Source: an uncultured delta proteobacterium
GTDB taxonomy: Bacteria; Myxococcota_A; Polyangia; Polyangiales; Polyangiaceae
Length of the DNA: 64,000 nucleotides
Direction of reading: 5' to 3'
Assembly (NCBI GenBank): GCA_963841435.1
Contig: CAWJCS010000006.1
Location: 832,001 to 896,000 of the forward strand
The position numbers and the translations under genes are program-made. Positions within the stretch are counted from its first letter, which is position 1, and every line of letters starts with the position of its first letter. Positions 20,960 to 30,684 of the stretch are shown one piece after another. Below the pieces are notes generated by a model. The model did not search any database and was not told where the DNA came from. It saw only the letters and a list, made by a program, of their open reading frames with translations.

Positions 20960-21826
20960 TCACTGCGCGATGCAGTTGTCTTGCATGATGGCCCAGATCG
21001 CATCCGCGATCGCCCTCGCGCCGGCCTGTGAGGCCTGGATACCGCTACCGTCCGTGTACTCCGGGTGACCCTGCCAGATGGGCTGCAGGTCGAGGAAGTA
21101 GCAAGGCACGACGCTCGCCTCGCACGCCGGCTGGACCTTTTCGCGCAGCTTGGCGACACCGGGGATGTTCGGAAGCTCGGGCATCAAGTAGTAGATGACC
21201 TGCTCGACGCTGCCGTCGCTCGCTACTTCTGCCAAGAGCTCGGCGAAGTTGTCGGCAGCCGTCGCGACGGACGCGTCGGAGCCTCCGCCGATGATCGTGT
21301 CCCAGGTGCCCCCGTCCATCACCAGTACCTTGACCTTGGTGGAGCCCGCCTCTCGTGATCGGTATTGTTGGGCGACGTCGGCCATGAAGTGGCTTGGCTG
21401 CGCCAGCACCACGTAGCCCTCGCCGTCCCCGAGCGCCCCGGCGTTCCGCGCGTAATCCTGGACGCGGGTATACTGATCTCCGGGAAAATAGATCCAGGTA
21501 TCGCCTATCCAGACGACCTCATTCGCTTTCACGAGCCCGGGCTGGCAAGAATCCGGAGCGCCCGCCGCGTCATCCGGCCCAGCGTCCATTCCGCTTGCCC
21601 CGCTGACCCCGCCGCTTGCTCCACTGACCCCGCCGCTTGCCCCTCCTCCACTCACCGCGCCCGTCGCAGCTCCCGCTCCGACGGCTCCCGAGCTCCCGCC
21701 CGTGCCCGCCGCCACCCCCGCACCGGCCTCTTCGTCCCCCAGCCGGACGACCTCGCCCCCACAGCTGAAAATGACGGCGCCGGCGGTCAGCACGATGATA
21801 CGCCGGGCGAGCGCCGCGCGAGCCAT
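20960..21826 (-). CDS. SGNH/GDSL-like hydrolase lipoprotein
   Basis: IFSC lipobox; VVWIGDTW, VMDGGTWD, DGSGIQASQAGARAIADAIW; canonical Ser and His positions appear substituted (Thr, Gln). Confidence 0.65.
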   Translation of the reverse strand: MARAALARRIIVLTAGAVIFSCGGEVVRLGDEEAGAGVAAGTGGSSGAVGAGAATGAVSGGGASGGVSGASGGVSGASGMDAGPDDAAGAPDSCQPGLVKANEVVWIGDTWIYFPGDQYTRVQDYARNAGALGDGEGYVVLAQPSHFMADVAQQYRSREAGSTKVKVLVMDGGTWDTIIGGGSDASVATAADNFAELLAEVASDGSVEQVIYYLMPELPNIPGVAKLREKVQPACEASVVPCYFLDLQPIWQGHPEYTDGSGIQASQAGARAIADAIWAIMQDNCIAQ

Positions 21827-21832
21827 CGCAGG

Positions 21833-23029
21833 ATGCTATCACCTCCGTTGATTCCGACCAGGCTCCTGTTCGTGCCGCTCGCGCTCGCGGCCGGAGCCGG
21901 CGTCGCCGTCGCCGAGCCGAAGGCCCCGCCCGCCACGGCACGTCTGCAGGTTCGGTCGAGCCCGGGGTGTGCGTCGCGAGCGGCGCTCGTCGCGCGCGTG
22001 CTCGCCCGCTTGCCGCAGGTGCGCTTCGTCAACGAAGGCGCATCGCTGTCGATCCGCGCGCGCTTCGAGCCCGCACCATCGGGAGGCGTCAAGAGCGTTC
22101 TCGTTCTCAATCCGCCGGGAGCGAACTCCACGACGCGGCGGTTGGTCGCCCGCTCGTGCGAGGAAGCCGTCGATGCCGCGGCGCTCATCATCGCGGTCGC
22201 GCTCGGTCGACCCGAAGGCGAGTCGGAGCGTGCAGCTGCGTCCGGTGTTACCGGCGCGGGCGGAGCCTCTGGAGCGACTGGCACGGCCGGCACGGCTGGC
22301 ACGGCCGGCACGGCCGGCGAGACGGCAGAAAACCCCGACGACGCCCCGACGACACCCCCCCCTGCGGCAGCGGCGCCGTCGCGCCCCGAGAACGAGCCCG
22401 AACGACCGCCCGAAGAACCCGCGGAGCGGCCCACCGCACCCACTCCCGTAACGGCCGGCGAGGCGACGAGCCCGGACGTTGCGGGATCGGATGGGTCGGG
22501 CTCCGTGCGCGTCGCCTTGGGGGTGAACGTCGCGGGGCAATCGTTCTTCGGGCCCGCCCCCTCGTTCATGCCTGGTGTCGCGGCCTACGCCATCGCCGAC
22601 ATCGACCACCCGGCGCCCTGGGCGTCCGCGCTCGTGCTCGGCGTGACCCACGCGTGGAGGGTGGGACTCGTCACGGATGGCGGCACGGCTTCCTTCGCGC
22701 TCGACGCCGCGAGCCTCGACGCCTGCCCGCTCCGCGTGCCCGTTTCGTTCATCGAGGCGCGCGCCTGCGCGTCGGGCCTCGTCGGGCGCCTGTCGGCCAA
22801 GGGTAGCTCCACGTACAACTCACCGGGTCGGGTCGCTCGCCCGTTTGCCGTCGTGGGCGGCGCCGCGCTGCTCACGGTGCGGCTCGGGCCGATCGTCGAG
22901 TGCGCGCTCCGCGGCTCGGTCGGTGCAAACCTCGTTCGCGATTCCTTCGAGTTCGCCCCGACCGTGTTTCACTCGGTTCCGGCCGTGACCGAAGCCGCGA
23001 GCCTGGGGCTCGGCGTTCACTTCGAGTAG
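21833..23029 (+). CDS. Secreted protein with C-terminal outer-membrane beta-barrel-like region
   Basis: Signal peptide, CxS...RRLVARSCEEAVDAAALIIAVAL, Pro-rich linker, alternating beta strands ending GLGVHFE. Confidence 0.65.
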   Translation: MLSPPLIPTRLLFVPLALAAGAGVAVAEPKAPPATARLQVRSSPGCASRAALVARVLARLPQVRFVNEGASLSIRARFEPAPSGGVKSVLVLNPPGANSTTRRLVARSCEEAVDAAALIIAVALGRPEGESERAAASGVTGAGGASGATGTAGTAGTAGTAGETAENPDDAPTTPPPAAAAPSRPENEPERPPEEPAERPTAPTPVTAGEATSPDVAGSDGSGSVRVALGVNVAGQSFFGPAPSFMPGVAAYAIADIDHPAPWASALVLGVTHAWRVGLVTDGGTASFALDAASLDACPLRVPVSFIEARACASGLVGRLSAKGSSTYNSPGRVARPFAVVGGAALLTVRLGPIVECALRGSVGANLVRDSFEFAPTVFHSVPAVTEAASLGLGVHFE

Positions 23030-23057
23030 CCGTGGCGCGGGTCGCCGCAGCCGGCAC

Positions 23058-23804
23058 TCACTTTTGCCCCGTGAGCCCCTTCACGCGATCGGCAAGCGGG
23101 CTACCGGGCTGCTCCTTTCCGAACCGATCGGCCAGCGCGCGCGCTTCGCCGGTACGGCCGAGGCCAACGAGCGCTTCGACCTTGAGCGCATTCGCTTCGG
23201 GGCGAAAGCTGCCCGCCGGGTACTTCGACAGGTAGCGCTGCAGGACTTCCAACGCGCGCTCGTTGGCGCCCGTCGCGAGCGCCGAACGAGCGGCGTCGAG
23301 CAGCGCGATCTGGTTGCGAAGGTCGGCCACGGGAGCGGCCGCGCGACCCGGCGCCGCGCGACCGGCAGTCGTCGATGCGGCCCGCGCGGGGGGTGCCGGG
23401 GCTCGCTCGACCTCGGGAACCGCCGCGACGTCCGGCGCGACGGGCGCCGGCGGCGGCGCCTTCACTTCGGGCGCGCTCGAAGAAAAGGGGCGCGACGGCG
23501 CGGGGGTCGCCCGCGGCCACGCGACCACGAGCGCTCCACCAACGGCGACTGCCACGACGACACCGGAAATCCAGGGCACGAGCGCGCTCGAGCCCGTGGC
23601 TGCTTCGGGCGCGAGCGTACCGCTTCCCGAACCGCCGCTTCCCGCGCCGATGGCGGGCGGAGCAACTCCGATTGCCTTCGCCATGCGCTCGGTCAGCGCC
23701 CGTGACGGCTCCTCGCGCGAGCCGGCTCGAAGCAGGCGCTGCTCGAGCTCGGTGCCGCCGGCGTCTCGCAATGGCTCCGGCAATCGTTTCGTCGAGGTGC
23801 TCAT
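23058..23804 (-). CDS. Membrane-anchored anti-sigma-like protein with C-terminal TPR
   Basis: Overlaps the sigma gene stop by 4 bp; one TM helix; LDAARSAL...ALEVLQRYLSKYPAGSFRPEA..LKVEALVGLGR. Confidence 0.75.
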   Translation of the reverse strand: MSTSTKRLPEPLRDAGGTELEQRLLRAGSREEPSRALTERMAKAIGVAPPAIGAGSGGSGSGTLAPEAATGSSALVPWISGVVVAVAVGGALVVAWPRATPAPSRPFSSSAPEVKAPPPAPVAPDVAAVPEVERAPAPPARAASTTAGRAAPGRAAAPVADLRNQIALLDAARSALATGANERALEVLQRYLSKYPAGSFRPEANALKVEALVGLGRTGEARALADRFGKEQPGSPLADRVKGLTGQK

Positions 23805-24382
23805 GGCTTGCTCCGCTGCATGGCTCGCTCGATACGAGCAACCGCGTTGCGGAACTGTTCGCGGGCCCGGCGGAGACGCGACGCAACGCTGCCGAGCGGA
23901 ATCCCGAGCAACGACGCGATCTCGGGCGAGGAAAGCCCCTGAGTCTCGTAGAGCACGAACACCTCCGCGAGCTCGGCGTTCAGCCTGGACAGCGCCATGT
24001 CACAGAGCTCAACGTCGGCGTGCGCGTCGTGGGCGTCGCGAGCCCCCGACGCGCGCTGGTCCATGTCTTCGTCGAGATGCCAGCGCATCGTCTTGCGATG
24101 CAGCGTGTGCGCGACACGAAGCGCCGTTCCGATGAGGAATGCCTGCTCCGCATGCGCCTTTATGTCCGACAAGCGGCCCGCGGCGATCAAGAACGTCTCC
24201 TGCGTAGCATCTGCGGCTTCATCCTCCGTCAAGCCACGACGGCGCAGTGTACGCCACACTACGGCATGGTGGTTTGCGAACAGCTGTTCGAGCTGCGCGC
24301 GGTCCGCCGCGGAGGACGGTAGAGGACCGTCGCGCTCCTTTACCGTTACCGTCTCGATCTCCGCACGGGCAACTGCGACCAC
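23801..24382 (-). CDS. ECF sigma-70 factor
   Basis: VWRTLRRRG...AADATQETFL (region 2); EVFVLYETQGLSSPEIASLLGIPLGSVASRLRRAR (region 4). Confidence 0.93.
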   Translation of the reverse strand: MVAVARAEIETVTVKERDGPLPSSAADRAQLEQLFANHHAVVWRTLRRRGLTEDEAADATQETFLIAAGRLSDIKAHAEQAFLIGTALRVAHTLHRKTMRWHLDEDMDQRASGARDAHDAHADVELCDMALSRLNAELAEVFVLYETQGLSSPEIASLLGIPLGSVASRLRRAREQFRNAVARIERAMQRSKP

Positions 24383-24396
24383 GACCTGATTCGACT

Positions 24397-24422
24397 ATGC
24401 GACCTCCACGCTCGTTCGATCA
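24397..24422 (-). promoter_or_regulatory. Putative ECF promoter, autoregulatory copy
   Basis: TGATCGA-ACGAGCGTGGAG-GTCGCAT on the minus strand, 14 bp before the sigma start codon. Confidence 0.7.
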
Positions 24423-24494
24423 AGGAAAGTAACGACGACACCGAAATGGATTCGACCAGCAAAAACGGGCACCGGCGTGGGCCCGAACTTTTCT

Positions 24495-24520
24495 TGATCG
24501 ATCGCCGCGTGTGGTCGCAT
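24495..24520 (+). promoter_or_regulatory. Putative ECF promoter
   Basis: TGATCGA-TCGCCGCGTGTG-GTCGCAT upstream of the HD-GYP/LuxR gene. Confidence 0.7.
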
Positions 24521-24564
24521 GTGCTGAAGGGTGCGGCGTCCCGTGCCTGCACGCCCAATCCCGC

Positions 24565-26043
24565 ATGTCCCGTTCCGTTCTCGCGCCGGACCCGACGGCT
24601 TTGCCCCGTGGAGGCGACGCGGTGCCTCCTTCGAGCGTGCGAGCGAACCGGGGTGGGAAACCGAGCGCGCTCGGAGGCGCGACGAGCAGCCGTGCCGCAC
24701 GCAACGACGGGGCGGCGCCCGTCAGGACCGCGGAGCTGCTCGGACGGCTCACGCTCGCCTGCGACGCGGCAGCCGATACCGCGCCGGGCATGGCCGTGCG
24801 TTCCACGGTGCTCGCCGTCGAGCTCGGGAAGCTAGCGGGTGCCACCGCTCGACAGCTGCGAGAGACCTATTGGCTGACACTTCTCGGACACCTGAGCGGC
24901 ACGGGCTTCGCTCGGGATCGGGGCACGATGTCGGAGCGGCTCGTCGCCCAACGTCGGGATGTGCTGGCGAGCGTGCTCAGCGATCATCGGCAAGGGCGGG
25001 CAGGTTTTTCGACGGACGCCCGCGAGACGACGGAGCTTTCGTCCTGCCTCTACGAGATCGCGCAGCTCGTCGAGCTCGCGCGTGACCTCGACGGGCGCGA
25101 CGCTGCACTCGAGACTGCGCGAAGGCTCGGGGGAGACCATTTCGATCCGCTCGTCTCGAGGGCGCTCGGCGAGCAAGGGGAGGCCCTGTTCGAGGCCGTC
25201 GACGATCCCCACATCTTCGAGCGCTTCCTGGAGCTCGAGCCCGGGCCCGTCGAATGGGCGGACGAGCGCGGGCTCGACTGCGTCGCTTGTGCGCTCGCCG
25301 CCTTCGCCGACCTCGCGAGCCCGATCTTCGTGGGCCACTCGACCGGCGTCGCCGCGCTCGCCGCGCGAACGGCTTTTCAGCTGGGCCTCGGTGACGGTGA
25401 GACACGCGCCCTGCGCCTGGGGGCCCTGCTGCACGACATCGGGCGGGTGAGCGTGCCGCAAGACATCTGGGCGCGTCGCGGCCCGCTGGACTGGGCGGCC
25501 TGGGAGCGCGTGCGCCTGCACACGCACTTCACGGGGCGAGTGCTCTGGCCGATCCGTGCGTTGGCCGAAGTGGCCGACATCGCCACGTCCGCGCACGAGC
25601 GGCTCGACGGCTCCGGCTACCCCCAACATCGCTCCGCGCGCACGCTGTCCGCGCCGGCTCGCGTGCTCGCCGCTGCCCACGCCGCCCATTCGATGAGCGA
25701 GGACCGCCCCCATCGGCTCGCGCTCGACTCCGACGCGATAGCGCGCGAGCTCGTCTTAGAGGCAGCCGCGGGGCGCTTGGATCCTCGCGCCGTCGATGCC
25801 GTGCTCGCTTGTCTCGGGCTGCCCGATCGGGCCGCGCCACCGAGCTCGCACGGACTCTCGGGGCGAGAGCTCGAAGTGTCACAACTTCTTGCGCGGGGTA
25901 AATCCGACAGGGAAATCGGCGCGTCGCTTCACATCTCCCCGCGTACCGTACAAGTTCACGTCGCGCGCATACTCGACAAGCTCGGAGTGCGAAGCCGCGC
26001 GGGCGCTGCCATCTGGCTCATCGAGCACGACCTCGCGAGCTGA
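24565..26043 (+). CDS. HD-GYP domain protein with C-terminal LuxR HTH
   Basis: GHSTGVA, LLHDIGR, VRLH, HERLDGSGYP; LSGRELEV..LLARG.SDREIG..LHISPRTVQVHV; start uncertain. Confidence 0.85.
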   Translation: MSRSVLAPDPTALPRGGDAVPPSSVRANRGGKPSALGGATSSRAARNDGAAPVRTAELLGRLTLACDAAADTAPGMAVRSTVLAVELGKLAGATARQLRETYWLTLLGHLSGTGFARDRGTMSERLVAQRRDVLASVLSDHRQGRAGFSTDARETTELSSCLYEIAQLVELARDLDGRDAALETARRLGGDHFDPLVSRALGEQGEALFEAVDDPHIFERFLELEPGPVEWADERGLDCVACALAAFADLASPIFVGHSTGVAALAARTAFQLGLGDGETRALRLGALLHDIGRVSVPQDIWARRGPLDWAAWERVRLHTHFTGRVLWPIRALAEVADIATSAHERLDGSGYPQHRSARTLSAPARVLAAAHAAHSMSEDRPHRLALDSDAIARELVLEAAAGRLDPRAVDAVLACLGLPDRAAPPSSHGLSGRELEVSQLLARGKSDREIGASLHISPRTVQVHVARILDKLGVRSRAGAAIWLIEHDLAS

Positions 26044-26231
26044 CGCTTCGACCCACGCGCTCCGCGCGCGTCCGTTGTCGTAGTCGTCATCCGTTGTCGT
26101 AGCCGGCGTGGGGGAGCATCCGGCAGGTTGCCGCCAACTACGTATTTCGACGTATCCGCTCTCGTTCGCATCCGAAAAATTCGTTGATCGGAGCCGCGTG
26201 GCCCGCACGGTGATCGCTCGCTTCCTTTTTC

Positions 26232-26257
26232 TGATCGATCCCGGGAGCTTGTCGCAT
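26232..26257 (+). promoter_or_regulatory. Putative ECF promoter
   Basis: TGATCGA-TCCCGGGAGCTT-GTCGCAT upstream of 26422. Confidence 0.7.
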
Positions 26258-26421
26258 GAACGTACCGAAAGCTCCGGCCAAAGACTCCCGATCGAGAGCT
26301 CCTCCTGGTGACGGGTCCTGCCGGGATCTGCTTGGCCAGCGCCGCAGTGCGGGCGTGGCGACGAGTGGTTGGACGGCGTGCCCCCAATCCCTCGTCCCGA
26401 AGACACCCAAGGAAAGAACCC

Positions 26422-27513
26422 ATGAAACACCGTAAACTCACGCTGTCGTCCATTACGTCCCTCGGACTCGGTATTGCAGGGCTTTGGGTCACGGCGTGCA
26501 GCTCGGGCGACGACGGAACCGCAAACACGGCTCCTGGCACGGGCGGTACGGGCGCGAGCGGCGGCTCGTCGGGAACGGGCGCGCTCGCGGGCACCGGTGG
26601 TACCAGCGGCACCGGAACGGGTGGCGCGGGCGGCAGCGCGGGCGTGAGCACAGGCGGTAGCGCGGGCGTGAGCACGGGCGGCAGCGCTGGTGTAAGCACG
26701 GGCGGTAGCGCGGGCGTGAGCACAGGCGGCGGCGCGGGCGCGGGAGCTGGCGGCAGCGCCGGTGTGAGCACGGGCGGCGGCTCGGGTGCCGGCGCCGGTG
26801 GCATGGGTGGCACGGACATCGGTGGTGACGGCGGCACGGCTGGCAGCACGGGCGGCGCAGGAGCCGGCGGCGTGAGCGGCGCGGCGGGCGCGGCGGGAGG
26901 CGGAGCCGCAGGCGCCGGTGCCGGCGGCATGAGCGGAGGCGGCGGGACCGCGGGCTCGGGCGGCGGAGACAACCTGAACAGCGGGCCCAACACGATGGGC
27001 TGGATCGGCTGCTCGATGGGAGAGAACGTCGCCAGGGGCTACACGCGGGCCGGCGGCACCCGCATGTGGGGCGACTACGGCAACGGCGGCGCCGTCGTTC
27101 AGAACTGGACCACCAACAACTCCAGCAACTGGCAGGGCTTCGATCGGCAGTCGAGCATGTACGGCAAGCCGGTCGCCATCTGGATCATGATCTGCATCTT
27201 CTCGACCGGGGCGACGATGGATGAGGTCCGCACGATGGTGAACAACGCCAAGACCCACGCCGCGGACGGCGCGTACATCTACATCACGGGCCAGCCGCTC
27301 TACACGGACGGCCACGTCTGCACGCTCGCCGGCAACGGTGGTCCCGAGTTGACGGACATGCAGGCCCAGCAAATGGCCATGGAAGATCCTCAGGTCCACT
27401 ACGCCGGAGTGCTCGGCCCGCTCGCGCAGGGCGAGTATCAGAGCGATTCCTGCCATGCGAACAACGCAGGCGAGGACAAGCTCGGCAAACAGGTCCTCGC
27501 GATCTGGCACTGA
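26422..27513 (+). CDS. Gly-rich lipoprotein with divergent SGNH-like C-terminal domain
   Basis: VTAC lipobox; GGSAGVST repeats; GWIGCSMGEN...DSCHAN. Confidence 0.7.
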   Translation: MKHRKLTLSSITSLGLGIAGLWVTACSSGDDGTANTAPGTGGTGASGGSSGTGALAGTGGTSGTGTGGAGGSAGVSTGGSAGVSTGGSAGVSTGGSAGVSTGGGAGAGAGGSAGVSTGGGSGAGAGGMGGTDIGGDGGTAGSTGGAGAGGVSGAAGAAGGGAAGAGAGGMSGGGGTAGSGGGDNLNSGPNTMGWIGCSMGENVARGYTRAGGTRMWGDYGNGGAVVQNWTTNNSSNWQGFDRQSSMYGKPVAIWIMICIFSTGATMDEVRTMVNNAKTHAADGAYIYITGQPLYTDGHVCTLAGNGGPELTDMQAQQMAMEDPQVHYAGVLGPLAQGEYQSDSCHANNAGEDKLGKQVLAIWH

Positions 27514-27609
27514 TGACAGCGCGTTTTTGAACGCGGCCCGGGCCGCTCGGGCACGCCTCGCGTGCGCGAGCCGAGTCGTGTTGACACGAACGATCGCGTA
27601 GGAGAACGG

Positions 27610-29007
27610 ATGAAGAACAGACTGGCACTCCTGGTGCTCGCCAGCGCCGCCCTGCTTAGCAGCTCCGCCGTCGCCGAAGATCGAAAGCCCGCGGCGGGGC
27701 CCACCGCGACCGACGTGCAGAAGGCCGCCACACTCGAGCTTTACGGCGCCCTCTTGCCCTTCGTCGAATACGTCCAAGCCGAAAATCCCACGCCGGTAGG
27801 GTTCTCGGAGGGGCCAGGTCACATCGGCACCACGGTAGCCAACTACGACGGGCTCGACGGGCCCCCGCGCGGTCGCATGTTGTCCGGAACGTCGCACTTT
27901 GGCGTGCGTGCGAGCCTCGCGCTCGTCGACCAGCTCAGGATCCTCGGGCAGTTCGAGACCGCGATGCCCATCGACGGCGACCCGAATCCCTGGGAAGCGC
28001 AGCTCCCCAATCGCAACAGCTATCTCGGTTTCACGGGCGATTGGGGCACGGTGGCATTCGGTCTTTTGGACACGCCCTACAAGTGGACCACGACGACGAT
28101 GGTAAACCCCATCAAAGGCGGTTACGTCGCCGACTACACGCCCGTCATCGGAACCCCCGGCTTTCTCGCGACCGCCGTCAACCCGGCCCAGCGCTGGGGC
28201 ATCAGCGGCGAGTCGAACGCCGCCTTCTACCGTCGAGAAGCCAACAGCCTCCAGTACTGGAGCCCCACCGTCTTCGGACTTTACGGGCGGGCAAGCTACA
28301 CGCTCGACGAGCTACGGCCGAGCGACAGTGTCGCGAGCGTTCGATCGAACCCCTATATCGTCTCCTTGGCGGCCGGCTTCGACCTCGACAAGGCCCTCGG
28401 CGGGGCCGAATTCGCGGGGCTCAGGATTCGTTACGCTTGGGAGTCGCACCACGACTACTTCGGCCTGGCCTACATCTACAATGCCCTCTCCGGAGCGCCC
28501 GACCGGCAAACCCGCACGGCAAACGATTGGGGGAACAAACTCACCGTCCAGTACACCCTTCCCATCACGCCCGACGTGAAAACGCGCGTCGTGGGGATCG
28601 GAGAGGAGCTGAAATACACGCTGCATGCGACGCTCCCGAACGACGCCAACATGTATTCGCGGCCCGCTTTCTACGCGCTGCTCGAGCAGACGGTCTTCGA
28701 GCACCACGTGTGGGGCGCCTACGGACGGGCGTATTCGGGCAAATGCACGCGTGTTCCGCAGGCGGATGGAACGCCTATCCCGTGCTCGACGGCGTTCGTG
28801 GGTGCAAAGCTCATGGAAGCCGGCTACATGTACGCGTTCACCGACAAGGTGCAGGCGTACGTCATGGGGTATCGCCTCGTCAACGAGCGCTCGGCGCTCT
28901 ACGTCACGACGCCGCACTTGCCACGCGAAGGCCTCTCCCCCGGCCTCGACACGACGGGTGTGGGCGTGGGCTTTTACTACGCGTTTGGCACCGATCTGCT
29001 CGACTGA
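27610..29007 (+). CDS. Gram-negative porin
   Basis: Signal peptide; LELYG, SHFGVR, GQFET, NRNSYLGFTGDWGTVAFGLLDTPYK, NSLQYWSP. Confidence 0.85.
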   Translation: MKNRLALLVLASAALLSSSAVAEDRKPAAGPTATDVQKAATLELYGALLPFVEYVQAENPTPVGFSEGPGHIGTTVANYDGLDGPPRGRMLSGTSHFGVRASLALVDQLRILGQFETAMPIDGDPNPWEAQLPNRNSYLGFTGDWGTVAFGLLDTPYKWTTTTMVNPIKGGYVADYTPVIGTPGFLATAVNPAQRWGISGESNAAFYRREANSLQYWSPTVFGLYGRASYTLDELRPSDSVASVRSNPYIVSLAAGFDLDKALGGAEFAGLRIRYAWESHHDYFGLAYIYNALSGAPDRQTRTANDWGNKLTVQYTLPITPDVKTRVVGIGEELKYTLHATLPNDANMYSRPAFYALLEQTVFEHHVWGAYGRAYSGKCTRVPQADGTPIPCSTAFVGAKLMEAGYMYAFTDKVQAYVMGYRLVNERSALYVTTPHLPREGLSPGLDTTGVGVGFYYAFGTDLLD

Positions 29008-29095
29008 GCCGATCGAGCCGCGAAGCTCGTCGAAGCCTACGGCGCCCTCGAGTCGCCGAGCCGATCCCGCGCCAGCCAACGGCCCAGAGGCGCGC

Positions 29096-30683
29096 TCAGC
29101 TGGGCGCGACCCAGAGCCCGGGAATGGGGCTCACGCCGTCCTTGACGTAGACCTCGCTCGCGAGCTCGCTCATCGCGTTCGTGCCGAGGAAGGCCTGCGC
29201 GACCGTCACCCAGAGCCGATTGTGGAGGCCGGAAACGCTCTGGAACTGGCCGCCCACGAGGCCGAGCTTGGTGCCGCCGAACACGATTGCCGCGTGCCCA
29301 TCGCGAGTATGGCTCGCCTCGGCGACCTCGGTGATCATGGGGATGACGCAGCGATCGAGCAGACTGCCGCCGTCCGGGTCGAGCGGATCCACTTCGAGCC
29401 TGAAGTCGTCGATGATGTCGGCCGTCTTCTGGAAATACCAGCGGTTGGCGTTGACCATGGCATCCCACACGTAGGCGCTCGCGTCGGGACGCGGGCCGTT
29501 GAAGAAGGACGCCTCGCCGACGCGGTGGCTGAGCGGGTGGTGCATCCAAATGGTCTTCGGGTCGTTGGGATCGAGCCCTGCGAAGGAAACGTGGTTGGTC
29601 CCGGGGGCCCACTGGAAGGTAGCGACACGAACGATGTCGCACGCCAGCGCGGCCCGGAGGATGGCGGCGTGCGCCTTACCGACGGCTTCGTGCGTCGCCT
29701 CGTCGGACGTGTTGGCTTCGGGGAATTGGTAGTCGACGGTCAGCGCATCGCCCGAGCGGCCCGTGAGGCCGCGGTCCGGCAGCGGCGGCACGCGACAATC
29801 GACTCCATGGCCACCGCCCGCGAGCTGCTCGCTGAGCTGGGCTTCGAGCTTGCGCACGCTCGTGGCGTGGGCATCGATCTTGTCGCGCTCGCTCAGGGGA
29901 GCGAGCTTTCTGAGGTGGGCGAGCTCGCGCAGCGAATAGTCGAGCACGCTCTTTCGGAGCAGGAGAAGCTTCGTCGCCTCCGGATCGCTCATCGTGCCAC
30001 CGGGCACGAAGCCGCTGAAGAGGTCGTTGTAGGCCGTGAGCGGGACCAGCTGTGGGAGCAGAGGCTGGTTCTCCACGATTGTGCCGCCGGGAATGGCGGA
30101 ATTCACGGACTGCTTTTCGTAGCCGTAGGATAGACAACGCGTCAACGTCTCGTAGGAGTTGACACGGCGATCGCAGATCACGTTGTAGTGACCCTTGCCG
30201 ATGACCGTCCCGAGATCGTTCGTTCTCGAAAGCTCAGGCACGTGCTTCAAGAAGATCTGGTCCCACGACGGCCCGCCCGCGCAGCCGTCGTCCGTTTCTC
30301 CGCCGTTGGCGCGCGTCCCCGGCGAGCTTGCGCCCGTGGTGGCGAACGAGGTGCCGTCCTCGTGGCCGCCACCCTTGCCACGCAGGCCGTCCATGTCGAA
30401 GCCGTGCAGGACGATCGTGTGCGGGCGAAGCTCCGCGGTATCGAATGGAGAGACGATGTAGCCGGGTCCCTGTGCCGTCTTCGAACGTCGTGTACGCGGT
30501 GCCGCTGCCGGTGGGAATGAACTGGTTTCTGATCGTGCCCACGGGCCAGTGCATCATCAAGAAGCGGGGAGGTGGAGCGGCACCCTCGGCGGCGGCTTCC
30601 AGGTTGCCGAGCAGGATCTCGAGGCCGAAGGCGCCGCCGATGGCGGCGAGGAACGAGCGTCGAGCGAAGCGATAGGACCGCAT
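29096..30683 (-). CDS. DUF1552 domain protein with Tat signal; frameshift near 30484
   Basis: RRSFL twin-arginine motif; RFLMMHWPVG; SVLD, KIDAHATSVRKLE, ALACDIVRVAT, HHPLSH, SLLD. Confidence 0.8.
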
Positions 30684-30684
30684 G

